Below are positions 16,751 to 26,396 of a stretch of 54,877 nt of DNA, piece after piece; positions within the stretch are counted from its first letter, which is position 1; each line of letters begins with the position of its first letter. Below the pieces are notes generated by a model. That model searched no databases, was not told the origin of the DNA, and saw nothing but the letters and a program-made list of their open reading frames with translations. The stretch is from assembly GCA_031372565.1 (NCBI GenBank), contig JANMLN010000198.1:1-54877 (forward strand), given 5' to 3'. The position numbers and the translations under genes are program-made. This stretch comes from Gemmatimonadota bacterium. GTDB taxonomy: Bacteria > Gemmatimonadota > Gemmatimonadetes > Gemmatimonadales > Gemmatimonadaceae.

Positions 16751-19576
16751 GTGTCTCTCTCGCCTGATTCCCCGCCGCTGTCCCCGCTGACCCTCCGGCT
16801 GATCGGCACACCGGAGCTTCGGGATGCTGCAGGCACGCCCCTCGAGCCCCTCCTGGCGCAGCCCAAGCGGTTGGCGTTGCTGGTGCGCCTTGTCATGGCG
16901 GGGGCAGCCGGTGTTTCGCGGCAGCAGCTGCTCGAGCTCTTCTGGAGCGATCTCGACGACGCCCATGCACGCAATGCGCTGCGCCAGTCGCTGCATTTTC
17001 TCCGACGACACCTCGCGCAGGGAGCGCTGCTCGCCAGCGAAGAGTCGGTCGCCGTCGATCCGTCCGTCGTGCAATGCGACGCGGTGCGCGCGCGTGAGGC
17101 CTTCGCGAGCGGCGATGAGGAGCTCGCTCTCGAACTGGTGACGGCACCGCTGTGCGACGGTCTGTTCGTATCGGGCGCCGTCGGATTCGAGGAGTGGCTG
17201 GATGGAGAACGCCGGCACCTCAGCCACGCCGCCACCGAGGCCGCCTGGGGACGGTCGCAGGAGGCAGAGCTGGCGGGCGATGCGGATGCCGCCGAGTTCT
17301 GGGCGCGCCGCGCCGTGTTGCTCGCTCCCGATGATCTCCTCATGCGGCAGCGACACCGGGCGCTGCGCGAGCGCTTGGCCCCCCCGCGTCAACCCGTCGC
17401 GACCGAGCAACCCGCGCTGGTCACCGCGGCAACGAACGCGCCGATCACGCAGGGACCGCCCACCCCACCGACCGTCGTCCGACCGACGCGATGGCAGCCG
17501 TTCGCCCTGTTGGCGAGCGTCGCCGCTCTGATCGTGGTCGCGGGCAGCGCCGCGTTCGCGGGACGTCGTCCGGCGCGCGTCGCCGAACCCGATCGACTGG
17601 CCGTGCTCCCCTTCGAGGCCGACGCTGCTGGACCGTTCGCCTACCTGCGCGAAGGCATGGTCGACCTGCTTGCGGCGCGTCTCGAGGGGGTGCCCGGACT
17701 GCAGATCGTGGACCCTCGCCTCACCATCCGCCACGCGGGCGACGCGGCGTCTCTGGACGACCGACGCTCCGCAGAAGCGGCGCGCAGCCTGGAGGTCGGC
17801 GCGGCGCTGACCGGTTCGATCCGCGACTCCGCCGGTATCATGATCGTCGAGGCGACGCTCGTGCGCGCAGCTGGCCATCGCGAGGGGACCGTCCGGGTCA
17901 CCGCGCCGCGTGAGCGTGGGGTCTTTGCCGCGGTGGACGATCTGGCGCGGCAGCTCATTGCCCTGCGCGGCATCGAGGAGCACGATCGGCTCGGGCAGTT
18001 GGCCGCGCGCACCACCGAGTCGCTCGACGCGCTCCGCGCGTGGCTCACCGGCGAGCGGGACTTTCGGGCCGGACGCTACGTGGCCGCGACGGATGCCTTC
18101 GAGCGCGCGACGCGTCTCGACTCGAACTTTGCCGTCGCACACTTCCGCTACGCCGTGGCCGCCGCGTACGCAACGCAGGGCCGCAGTGAGGTGCCCAGGC
18201 GCGAGCTCACCGCAGCGCTGCGCCACGGTGAGCGGCTCGGCGGCCATGATCGCCTCATGGTGCAGGCGCTCTTTCAGGACTGGCACGGACGACCCGACTC
18301 CGCCCTCCGACTCTATCGCCGGGCCATGGGCGAACGTCCGGATGATGCCGACGCGTGGGCAGGGTTCGCGGACGCGACCTTTCATCAGGGGCCGCAGAAC
18401 GGAACGGGCTTCGAGTCGGCGCGCCCCTACTTCGAACAGGCGCTGCTCCTCGACTCGACCAACTTGTCGTCGGTCGTGCACCTCGGTCGCATCGCGGCCG
18501 CGCAAGGAGACGGTGCGGCGCTGCGCCGCTTGGCCGCGCGCGAACGAGCGCTGCGACAGCCCGAGAGCATTCCGGGCGAAGTTGCGTGGCTCGCGGCCGT
18601 GTCGCTCGAGGACGAGACGGATGTGAGCGCCATGATCGCTGCGCTCGCGAACGCACCGGATCCCGTCGCTGCCGATTACGCGTGGAGGGCGGCCACCTAC
18701 GCGGCCGATCCCGCCGTCGCGGTGCGCGTGCTGACACCCCGCGTGGAGGGGGACCGACCGCAGGCGGTGCGCGCCAGCCACATGCTCGCGCTGGCCCATT
18801 TCGAGGCGGCGCGCGCGCGCCCCACGCGCGCGGCCTACTGGCTCGACCGCGCGCGCCTGATCGCTCCGACGGCGGCGCTGCAGTCCGAAGCCGGCGTGCT
18901 GTGGGCAACCGGGCTGACGGGCGACGCCTTGCAGTCCACGCGCTTCCGCCTGACACGTTGGCGGACGAGCGCGGGGGTCGGGTCACCCTTCGATGCGCGC
19001 GGGGCGAGCTCTGATCTTGCCGTCGCGGCGCTCGGACTCGAACTGGCGATTCAGGCGGCGGCCGGCAACGACTCCCTCATGCAGCGACTCGTGGTGGTCG
19101 CCGAGCGCGCGGCGCCGCCTGGCGTCGAGGACCTCAGTGGCGTGCGGCACGCGACCGCGTGGGGCAAGGCGCGCCTGCGGGCGCGGGTCGGCGACGTCCA
19201 GGGGGCGCTGCACTTGCTCGCGGAGGACGGGAGCACCGACTGGACACGCGGATCGCTGCTGATGCCGAGCGCGCTGGCGCGTCTCGAGCGCGCGCGGCTG
19301 CTCGAATCGCAGGGGCAACATCTCGAAGCGCTCCGCTGGATCAACGCCGTGCTCGAAGAGAATGGACATGATGCCGTCCTCCTGCCCGCCGTGCTCTTCG
19401 TCCGGACGCACGCGCTGGCTGCGCACGGCGACCGGCAGGGCGCGCAACGAGCCGGGGCCCGGCTGCTGAGGCTCTGGCGCGACGCGGAGCCCTCGGAGCA
19501 GTACCGCGCCGACGCGGTGCGCGCCGCCATGCGTGGCGACGCACCGCCGCCACCGCTGCGCACCGAAGGGCTCTGA
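16751..19576 (+). CDS. SARP/BTAD-type transcriptional regulator fused to a TM helix, TolB-N-like domain and TPR repeats
   Basis: LRLIG.PEL, QPKRLALL, SRQQLLELFW, NALRQSLHFLRR and FEEWLDGER; TM segment; LAVLPFE; TTESLDALRAWLTGE...A..LDSNFA.A TPR region. Confidence 0.8.
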   Translation: MSLSPDSPPLSPLTLRLIGTPELRDAAGTPLEPLLAQPKRLALLVRLVMAGAAGVSRQQLLELFWSDLDDAHARNALRQSLHFLRRHLAQGALLASEESVAVDPSVVQCDAVRAREAFASGDEELALELVTAPLCDGLFVSGAVGFEEWLDGERRHLSHAATEAAWGRSQEAELAGDADAAEFWARRAVLLAPDDLLMRQRHRALRERLAPPRQPVATEQPALVTAATNAPITQGPPTPPTVVRPTRWQPFALLASVAALIVVAGSAAFAGRRPARVAEPDRLAVLPFEADAAGPFAYLREGMVDLLAARLEGVPGLQIVDPRLTIRHAGDAASLDDRRSAEAARSLEVGAALTGSIRDSAGIMIVEATLVRAAGHREGTVRVTAPRERGVFAAVDDLARQLIALRGIEEHDRLGQLAARTTESLDALRAWLTGERDFRAGRYVAATDAFERATRLDSNFAVAHFRYAVAAAYATQGRSEVPRRELTAALRHGERLGGHDRLMVQALFQDWHGRPDSALRLYRRAMGERPDDADAWAGFADATFHQGPQNGTGFESARPYFEQALLLDSTNLSSVVHLGRIAAAQGDGAALRRLAARERALRQPESIPGEVAWLAAVSLEDETDVSAMIAALANAPDPVAADYAWRAATYAADPAVAVRVLTPRVEGDRPQAVRASHMLALAHFEAARARPTRAAYWLDRARLIAPTAALQSEAGVLWATGLTGDALQSTRFRLTRWRTSAGVGSPFDARGASSDLAVAALGLELAIQAAAGNDSLMQRLVVVAERAAPPGVEDLSGVRHATAWGKARLRARVGDVQGALHLLAEDGSTDWTRGSLLMPSALARLERARLLESQGQHLEALRWINAVLEENGHDAVLLPAVLFVRTHALAAHGDRQGAQRAGARLLRLWRDAEPSEQYRADAVRAAMRGDAPPPPLRTEGL

Positions 19577-19595
19577 CAGCGCGTCGCCGCCCCCG

Positions 19596-20867
19596 TCAGG
19601 GAGCGAGCAGCAGCTTCCGCAGCATGTTGAGCACGCCCTGCGTGGCGCGTCGACGAATCTCGTCGCGATCGCCAATCAGGCGCGCCAGCGTGGCCCGTGC
19701 ACCGAGCGGCGTCTGCACCGCGAGCCAGACCGAACCCACCGGCTTCTCCTCGGTGCCACCGCCCGGCCCCGCCACGCCGGTGATCGCGAGCCCCACCTCC
19801 GCTCCCGTGCGCGCGCACACCCCGCTCGCCATCTGCCGCACGACCGGCTCGCTGACCGCGCCGTGCGCGGCAAGGTCGCTCGCGCTGACGCCGAGATCGC
19901 GCACCTTCACGTCGTTGCTGTAGGCGATCACGCCCCCAACGAACGCGTCGCTCGATCCTGCGACCGCCGTGAGGCGCATGCCGAGCATCCCACCCGTGCA
20001 GCTCTCCGCCACCGCCGCGCGCCAGCCGCGCGTGCGCAGTTCGCGGAGCACGACCTCGGCCAGATCCTCGTTCCCGTCGGCGTAGGCCGTGTCGCCGGCG
20101 CGCACGCGCAGTTCGGCGGCGGCGCGATCCAGTGCGGCATCGGCGGCGTCCGCGCCCAGTCCCCGCGCGGTCACGCGGAGGTCGACCCCTTCCCATCCCG
20201 GCAGGAAGGCGAGCGGAAGCCCATGCACCTTGCGTCGCATGTCGCCCATGGCGTCGTGCAGCGCCGACTCGGCGATCCCGGTCGTGCGCACGGTGCGCGA
20301 GCGGATCACGGTCGGCGCGACCTCACCGCGCCAGCTGCGCAACCGGGGGAGCAGCGTATCGGCGAGCATGCCGCGCATCTCGCGGGGCACGCCGGGCAAC
20401 ATCGCGACCCAACGGCCCCGCGCGTCCTCGATCCAGATGCCTGGCGCAGAGCCGTGGCGGTTCTCGAGAATCGTCGCGCCCTCGGGCACCATCGCCTGCA
20501 GCTTGTTGGACTCGGGCACCTCGCCCGGCCACCCGCGCGACTTCCACATGGCCACGAGGCGCGCCCAGATGGCGTCATCGAAGCGCATTGCGCACCCGAA
20601 GATGGCTGCGATCGACGCCTTGGTGTTGTCGTCGCTCGTGGGCCCGAGACCGCCGGTGGTGATCACGGCGCCGGTGCGGTCGAGGGCATCGCGCACGGCC
20701 TCGGCGATCTGCGCGGCGTCATCGCCGCACGTCGTGCGACGCGCGATGCGGAAGCCCTCGGCGCCGAGCGCGCGCGCGAGATGCGCGGCGTTCGTGTCGA
20801 TGGTGAAGCCGAGCAGCAGCTCGTCGCCGATCGTCACGACCTCGATCGCATCGCGCGCCGCCGTCAT
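19596..20867 (-). CDS. cinA: competence/damage-inducible protein A (NMN deamidase fusion)
   Basis: IGDELLLG..IDTN, TGGLGPT.DD.T, LPGVPREM, AESCTGG, HGAVSE and TGVAGPGGG. Confidence 0.93.
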   Translation of the reverse strand: MTAARDAIEVVTIGDELLLGFTIDTNAAHLARALGAEGFRIARRTTCGDDAAQIAEAVRDALDRTGAVITTGGLGPTSDDNTKASIAAIFGCAMRFDDAIWARLVAMWKSRGWPGEVPESNKLQAMVPEGATILENRHGSAPGIWIEDARGRWVAMLPGVPREMRGMLADTLLPRLRSWRGEVAPTVIRSRTVRTTGIAESALHDAMGDMRRKVHGLPLAFLPGWEGVDLRVTARGLGADAADAALDRAAAELRVRAGDTAYADGNEDLAEVVLRELRTRGWRAAVAESCTGGMLGMRLTAVAGSSDAFVGGVIAYSNDVKVRDLGVSASDLAAHGAVSEPVVRQMASGVCARTGAEVGLAITGVAGPGGGTEEKPVGSVWLAVQTPLGARATLARLIGDRDEIRRRATQGVLNMLRKLLLAP

Positions 20868-21568
20868 GGTGCGGGCTGTTCCGACGTGGCGAGGAAGACG
20901 CGCGCGCCGTACTGCCGTGCATAGAGCCAGAGCGACCAGAGCGTCATGGCGACGGCCGCGCACATCGACACGGTGCCGACGATGCCGTTGAAGTTCGCGA
21001 ACAGGCGCCAGGCCGGCAGCGGCCCCCATCCCTCGGCGCGTGCGAGCGTGAGCGCGGAGAACCAGACGTACGCCGCGCCGGCCCACACCGACTGGAACGC
21101 GGTCTTCCACTTGGCCGGGCCGATGGCGGCGATCACGATGCCGCGGCGAGCCGCAATCTGTCGAAACACCGTCATGATCAGCTCGCGCGCGAGGACCACG
21201 GCCGGCACGACGAACGGGAGGCTGACGAGCCACGGATCGCCCCACCCGAGTTCGAACGGGAACTGGGCATGGTCCTCGAGGCCCGTGGCGCTGGGCCATC
21301 GGTCGCTCACGGGGGCCTGCAACAGGTACATCGAGACCAGCGTGCCGAGCAGCAGCAGCTTGTCGGCGAGCGGATCGAGCAACTTGCCGAGGTCGGACTC
21401 CTCGTTGCGCTGGCGGGCCAGTTCGCCGTCGATGTAGTCGGACACCGCGGCCACCACGAACAGGCAGAAGCCGGCCGCACGCGCCTCCCACTCGGGAACC
21501 AGGGCCAGCCAGGTCACGATCGGCGCCAGCAGGATGCGGCCGACCGTGATGGTGGTAGGGATGTTCAC
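20864..21568 (-). CDS. pgsA: CDP-diacylglycerol--glycerol-3-phosphate 3-phosphatidyltransferase
   Basis: NIPTTITVGRI and SDYIDGELAR...GKLLDPLADKLL CDP-alcohol phosphotransferase motif, KWKTAFQ; adjacent to cinA. Confidence 0.85.
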   Translation of the reverse strand: MNIPTTITVGRILLAPIVTWLALVPEWEARAAGFCLFVVAAVSDYIDGELARQRNEESDLGKLLDPLADKLLLLGTLVSMYLLQAPVSDRWPSATGLEDHAQFPFELGWGDPWLVSLPFVVPAVVLARELIMTVFRQIAARRGIVIAAIGPAKWKTAFQSVWAGAAYVWFSALTLARAEGWGPLPAWRLFANFNGIVGTVSMCAAVAMTLWSLWLYARQYGARVFLATSEQPAP

Positions 21569-21600
21569 GCGGAATTCCGGATCAGCGGGATGCCCGCCGA

Positions 21601-22278
21601 TCAGGCGAGCGACTTGAGTACGAGCTTGCTGACGGCCTTGAGCGTCTCGAACACCCCATCGCCCGTGACGGCCACGGCTTCGAAGTACGTGGCGCGCTCG
21701 ATCCATTCGCCCGTGGGCAACTGCTCGATCAGGTTCTCACCCGCGTGGTACGGATCGGGGGTCAGGCGCTGCTTGGTCGGTTCGGTGACTTCCCAGCCCG
21801 GATTGAGCGCGGCCTGCAGTTCCTTGAGCGGCGACGCGTTGGGCAAGTCGCGCTTGTTGTACTGGATCAGGAACGGCATCTTCGTGAGATCATACCCGTA
21901 CTCGGCCATGTTGTCGTACAGGTTCTGCATGGCTTCCTGATTGGCCTCCATGCGCTCGAGCTGCGAGTCGGCCACGAAGACGATGCCGTCGACGCCCTTG
22001 AGGATGAGCTTGCGCGAGGCGTTGTAGTAGACCTGCCCCGGCACCGTGTAGAGGTGGAAGCGCGTCTTGAAGCCGCGGAGCGTGCCGAGGTCGACGGGGA
22101 GGAAGTCGAAGAAGAGGGTGCGCTCGGTCTCGGTGGCGAGCGAGATCAGCTTGCCACGGGTGTCCGGCTTCACCTTGCCGTAGACATGCTCGAGGTTGGA
22201 CGTCTTGCCGCCGAGTCCCGGGCCGTAATAGACAATCTTGCAGTTGATCTCGCGCGAGGCGTAGTTGATCATCGACAT
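21601..22278 (-). CDS. mglA: MglA-family small GTPase
   Basis: [46 protein letters not shown] and QYNKRD. Confidence 0.95.
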   Translation of the reverse strand: MSMINYASREINCKIVYYGPGLGGKTSNLEHVYGKVKPDTRGKLISLATETERTLFFDFLPVDLGTLRGFKTRFHLYTVPGQVYYNASRKLILKGVDGIVFVADSQLERMEANQEAMQNLYDNMAEYGYDLTKMPFLIQYNKRDLPNASPLKELQAALNPGWEVTEPTKQRLTPDPYHAGENLIEQLPTGEWIERATYFEAVAVTGDGVFETLKAVSKLVLKSLA

Positions 22279-22289
22279 GGCTGATTCTC

Positions 22290-22784
22290 CTATTGGAACA
22301 GCTTGTCGATTTCATCGTCGGCGCCGGCCAGAAGGCCGGTCTGCGCCGGGGCACCGCCCGCCTGCCCGCGCGAGAACACCTGCTCGAACAACCTGCTGAG
22401 ATCTTCCACGACGCCCTTCATCTTGAGCCGCACAAGGCCGAGGGTGGTGCGGTTGTCGAACAGCACGCAGAGGATCACGCGCCGGGCGACGTCCGCGAGG
22501 TACATCGATTCTCTCTCGCCCTGATGGAAGAGCGAGTTGAAGTCGCTCTCGCCGATGAGCTTGGCGAGCTGATCGTTCGCCGAGAAGTCCGCCGCCGTCA
22601 GCGTGGCGAAGGCGGTGGGGTCGAAGGTGGGCTGTTCGCCCACAGTGGCGACCAGCTGCCCGCTCCGATCCACCAAGAGGGCGCAGCGCGCGTTCGACTC
22701 GTAGAGGAACTTCTGGAGCAACTGCGTGATCGCGTGGAAGTCGTCTTCGGTAAACGACCAGCTCGCGCTGCCTACTGGCGGCAT
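22290..22784 (-). CDS. mglB: MglB roadblock/LC7 GTPase-activating protein
   Basis: [47 protein letters not shown] and DDEIDKLF; directly upstream of mglA. Confidence 0.9.
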   Translation of the reverse strand: MPPVGSASWSFTEDDFHAITQLLQKFLYESNARCALLVDRSGQLVATVGEQPTFDPTAFATLTAADFSANDQLAKLIGESDFNSLFHQGERESMYLADVARRVILCVLFDNRTTLGLVRLKMKGVVEDLSRLFEQVFSRGQAGGAPAQTGLLAGADDEIDKLFQ

Positions 22785-22833
22785 TCCCTGTCCCCGTGGT
22801 TGCGAGTGGTGCGGAGCGCGTGTGCGGCCCGCC

Positions 22834-23424
22834 TCATGCCATGACCCGTCGTGCGGAGAGCGCCTGGGCAATCGTGACCACGTCAGCGTACTCCAAGTCG
22901 CCCCCGACCGGCAACCCGCGGGCAAGCCGCGAGACACTCACCCCCGACGCGGCCAGTTCGCGCTGCAGCCAGACGGCGGTGGCGTCGCCCTCGAGCGACG
23001 GGTTGGTGGCGACAATCACTTCGTGTACCCCGCCCGCCGCCACGCGGTCGAGCAGCGGCTGCACGGCGAGGTCGTCCGGCCCCACGCCGTCGAGCGGCGA
23101 GAGGCGACCGCCCAGCACATGGTATCGACCGCGAAACTCTGCGGAGCGTTCGATGGCGCCGATGTCGGAGGCATCCTCGACCACGCAGAGCAGCGCCGGA
23201 TCACGTCGCGGATCGGCGCAGATGGCGCAGGTGGGCGCTTCGGTGAGGTTCCCGCAGGTGGTACACGGATGCACCCGCTCCGACAGCGTCGACAACGCCC
23301 CGGCAAGCCGCTTGCTCGCCTCGGGCGGCTGCTTGAGCAGATGGTACGTCAGGCGCATCGCCGTCTTGCGGCCGATTCCGGGCAACTTGGCGAGTTCCAG
23401 TGCGAGATCCTCGATGGCCGACAT
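22834..23424 (-). CDS. recR: recombination mediator RecR
   Basis: LPGIGRKTA.RL, C4 zinc finger, Toprim domain and LARGLPVGGDLEYAD. Confidence 0.95.
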   Translation of the reverse strand: MSAIEDLALELAKLPGIGRKTAMRLTYHLLKQPPEASKRLAGALSTLSERVHPCTTCGNLTEAPTCAICADPRRDPALLCVVEDASDIGAIERSAEFRGRYHVLGGRLSPLDGVGPDDLAVQPLLDRVAAGGVHEVIVATNPSLEGDATAVWLQRELAASGVSVSRLARGLPVGGDLEYADVVTIAQALSARRVMA

Positions 23425-23431
23425 GGCCGTG

Positions 23432-23749
23432 CTAGAATGGCAGCTTGAAGGGCAGATCGAGCCCGCCCGTCAACTTGCCCATTTCGCTGGCAGCGAGCTC
23501 GGCCGCCTTCTTCTGCGCATCGCCCACCGCGACCGCAATCAAGTCTTCGAGCATTTCCTTGTCGCCCGGATTGAGCAGCTGCGGCTCGATCTGAACGCGC
23601 CGGACGGTTCCCTTCCCGTCTGCTTCGACCTTGACCATGCCGCCGCCTGCCGCGCCCGTCACGGTGCGGGTCGCGAGGTCGTCCTGCATCTGCTGCAGTT
23701 TGCCCTGCATCTGCTGGGCCTGCTGCATGATCTTCAGGATATCGGGCAT
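23432..23749 (-). CDS. ybaB: YbaB/EbfC nucleoid-associated protein
   Basis: MQQAQQMQ...G.AGGGMVKV...DKEMLEDLI; lies between dnaX and recR. Confidence 0.92.
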   Translation of the reverse strand: MPDILKIMQQAQQMQGKLQQMQDDLATRTVTGAAGGGMVKVEADGKGTVRRVQIEPQLLNPGDKEMLEDLIAVAVGDAQKKAAELAASEMGKLTGGLDLPFKLPF

Positions 23750-23827
23750 CGGCGCGGTGTGAGAGCCAAGGGAGGAAACTACCCGACGCGCGGAGGGGGT
23801 GGCAAGCGCGACCGGGGGTGCAACGGC

Positions 23828-25615
23828 TCAGTCCATCGGCTCCAGGTCGAGGGCGTCGATCGCCGCCCCCAGCACCGGGTCCCGGCGCCGCAGCGCGGCA
23901 ATCTGCTCGGCCTTGACCGTGTCGTGCGTGATCCGCGTGCGCGTGGCTGGCGCCGGTGCGGACCCCGGGACGCGCACGGCCACCCGGGTGATGGCGGGCC
24001 AGCGCATCCGGACGGCCGCCAGCACGTCGCCCGCCCCTCGCTCCACCCCTTCCATCGTGTCCGCGTCCGCGACCTCGAGAGTCAGTGTCCCGCTGGCCGC
24101 GATGGCGGCCGGCATGGCCGACTCCGCCATCGTCGCGAGCACGCCACGACCGTTGTCGCGGATCGCGGCCACGACCTGGTCCCATTCCTCGGCGATCCGG
24201 CTCGCATCCGGCAGATCCGCGACCGCGGCCCGCGTGGAGCGGACCTCGACGTCGGTCGGCGCGGCGGCCTCCGCCAGTCCGCCATCGGCCGGGTGTGGAG
24301 GTTCCTCCATGGCCGGCACGACGCGTGCCGCGGTCGCGCGCGGGGCAGGTGCGGGCTGGGCGACGGACACGGAGGGGGTGTCGCGACGCGGGGGCGCGGC
24401 CTCGACGCGCGCAACCGGACGCGCAACGGTTGCGCGCGGCGCGGACGGCGGCGCCATGGCGGCAGCCGAACCGCCGCCCTCAGGCAACCGTCGCAACATC
24501 TCCTCGATGTTGATCGTGCGATCGAGCAGCGCCAGCCGGACGAGCAGCGTCTCGAGCACGAGCTGCGGCTGCGACGCCTTGCGAAGCGCGGGCTCCACGT
24601 CGAGCACGAGCGTGAGCATGCGCAGCAGATCGCCCGGTCCCAACTGCCCCGCGCGCTCGGCGAGGGCGGCCTTGGTGCGCTCCGAGAGTGACGCGGACGC
24701 TCCGCCGAGGGAGAGCGCGAGCTGTCCGCGCAACAGGTCGGCAAAGCCGGCGAGGAACAGCGCGAAGTCCACCCCCAAGTCGGCCAAGCGCGCGACGGCC
24801 GCAAAGACGTCGCCCGCGCGCCCCTGCGCCACCAGATCGACGATCGCGAGGTACTCGTCCTCGGGCACGAGGCCGAGGGCGTCGCGCACGCGGCTCACGG
24901 TGACGCCTCCCTCGGAGCCCAGCGCGAGCACCTGATCGGTGAGCGACAGGGCGTCGCGCAGGCCGCCGTCGGCAGCGCGCGCGATCAATGCGAGCGCATC
25001 CGGCTCGAAGGTGACGTCCTCGTCCTTGAGCACGTGCGTGAGACGATCGGCGATCTCGGCCGGGCCGATGCGGCGCAGGTCGAAGCGCTGCAACCGCGAC
25101 AGCACCGGGAGCGCGGCCTGCGCGATCTTCTGCGGTTCAGTGGTGCAGAAGGTGAAGACGACGCGTGGCGGCGGTTCCTCGAGGATCTTGAGCAGCGCGT
25201 TCCACGCTTCGCGCGTGAGCATGTGCGCTTCGTCGACGATGTACACCTTCCAGCGATCCTCACCGCTTGGCGCGTAGAGCGCGCGCTCGCGCAGTTCGCG
25301 CGCGTCGTCGACGCCGCGGTTGGACGCCGCATCAATCTCGACGACGTCCATCGAGGCCTGGCCGCCCCAGATCCGCTCGCAGCTCTGGCAACGACCGCAG
25401 GGTTCGCCATCCCCCTGCTTGTTCTCGCAATTGAGCGCCATTGCCAGCACGCGCGCGAGCGTGGTCTTGCCCGTGCCGCGCGGACCGCAGAGCAGGTAGC
25501 CGTGCGCGACGCGGTCGCGCGCGATCGCGCCCTTGAGGGTGTTGGCGACGTGCGACTGGACGGCGACGGCCCCGAACGAGCGCGGGCGGTATTTGCGAGC
25601 GAGAGCGAGACGCAT
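23828..25615 (-). CDS. dnaX: DNA polymerase III subunit gamma/tau
   Basis: LARKYRP, GPRGTGKTT, PCGRCQSC, EIDAASNRGVDD, DEAHML and NALLKILEEPP. Confidence 0.95.
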   Translation of the reverse strand: MRLALARKYRPRSFGAVAVQSHVANTLKGAIARDRVAHGYLLCGPRGTGKTTLARVLAMALNCENKQGDGEPCGRCQSCERIWGGQASMDVVEIDAASNRGVDDARELRERALYAPSGEDRWKVYIVDEAHMLTREAWNALLKILEEPPPRVVFTFCTTEPQKIAQAALPVLSRLQRFDLRRIGPAEIADRLTHVLKDEDVTFEPDALALIARAADGGLRDALSLTDQVLALGSEGGVTVSRVRDALGLVPEDEYLAIVDLVAQGRAGDVFAAVARLADLGVDFALFLAGFADLLRGQLALSLGGASASLSERTKAALAERAGQLGPGDLLRMLTLVLDVEPALRKASQPQLVLETLLVRLALLDRTINIEEMLRRLPEGGGSAAAMAPPSAPRATVARPVARVEAAPPRRDTPSVSVAQPAPAPRATAARVVPAMEEPPHPADGGLAEAAAPTDVEVRSTRAAVADLPDASRIAEEWDQVVAAIRDNGRGVLATMAESAMPAAIAASGTLTLEVADADTMEGVERGAGDVLAAVRMRWPAITRVAVRVPGSAPAPATRTRITHDTVKAEQIAALRRRDPVLGAAIDALDLEPMD

Positions 25616-25698
25616 GTGGGGGAATCTACGGCGCGCGGCCCTGAATGCATCGCGCGGGCGCCCGGCCACCCGGAGGGGTAGCGAGTCGTCCCGCGCGA

Positions 25699-25800
25699 AT
25701 ACTCCGGGCCTGACGAAGCGACGACAGACACCTCATGCCGCTGCTACCTTCAGGGTCCTGACGGGATTAGAAGGCTGAAGCCCTTCGGGACCCGGAGCAC
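25699..25800 (-). ncRNA. ffs: small signal recognition particle RNA (4.5S)
   Basis: Domain IV motif GUCAGG-ACC-CUGAA-GGU-AGCAGC; terminal helix GUGCUCCGGG/CCCGGAGUAU; about 100 nt; usual position upstream of dnaX; TACATT -10 element just upstream. Confidence 0.85.
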
Positions 25801-26019
25801 ATGCAATGTAGCCATGGGGATTCTGGCGAACCAGCCCGCGGCTTCACAGGCCAGCCGAATCGGGTGCAGTCTCTCGGATCGGACACCGCCAGACTGCCGT
25901 ACGAACAGTTGTGTCAGGAGATCGTCATGTCCGACTCGGCCGCTCCCCTCCCGTCAGCCTCAGTGCTTCGGCGTCTCGCCGAGGCTGTGCATGGCCACGA
26001 CGGCCTCCTTGTCGCCGAG

Positions 26020-26264
26020 CGGACTCATGTAGGCCGGGGTCCCGACGGCGACTCACCCGACGACGTCATGCCACTGCCGTCCGGCTCGAGCACGCGCGCG
26101 ATGCCGAAGTCCGCCACCACTGCGCGTCCGGCCTCGAAGCGGCTGTTCTCAGGCTTGGTATCGCGATGGATGACCCCGTCCGCATGCGCGGAGGCGAGAG
26201 CGCCCGAGACGTCACGGGCGATGCGCACGGCGTCCTCGACGGCGAGCTGCGTCTCGCGAGCGCG
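26020..26264 (-). pseudogene. internal fragment of a Hanks-type Ser/Thr protein kinase
   Basis: RETQLAVEDAVRIARDVSGALASAHADGVIHRDTKPEN...VADFGIAR, then a frameshift near 26050 into AVGTPAYMSP. No N-lobe or C-terminus is present. Confidence 0.8.
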
Positions 26265-26396
26265 TCGACGAGGGGCTGCGGGGCCGGCGGAAGGCTCTTG
26301 TCGCGAGGGGTGGTCACAGAGCGTCAGAATAGCACCCGCTCACGGCGAATTCCAATTGGCCGATTGAATGCGGCGCGGAGTTCGGTCATCTTGCCC

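Noticed and set aside
16556..18799. Apparent 942-aa GrpE fusion
   Set aside because: The N-terminal extension is the antisense shadow of the SARP-TPR gene. GrpE homology starts near 16555.
21220..21325. Extra loop of about 35 aa in PgsA
   Set aside because: It is real but lies in a variable inter-helix region, with no motif suggesting a function.
23828..25615. Programmed frameshift producing DnaX gamma
   Set aside because: No A-AAA-AAG or poly-A slippery site was seen in the coding strand.
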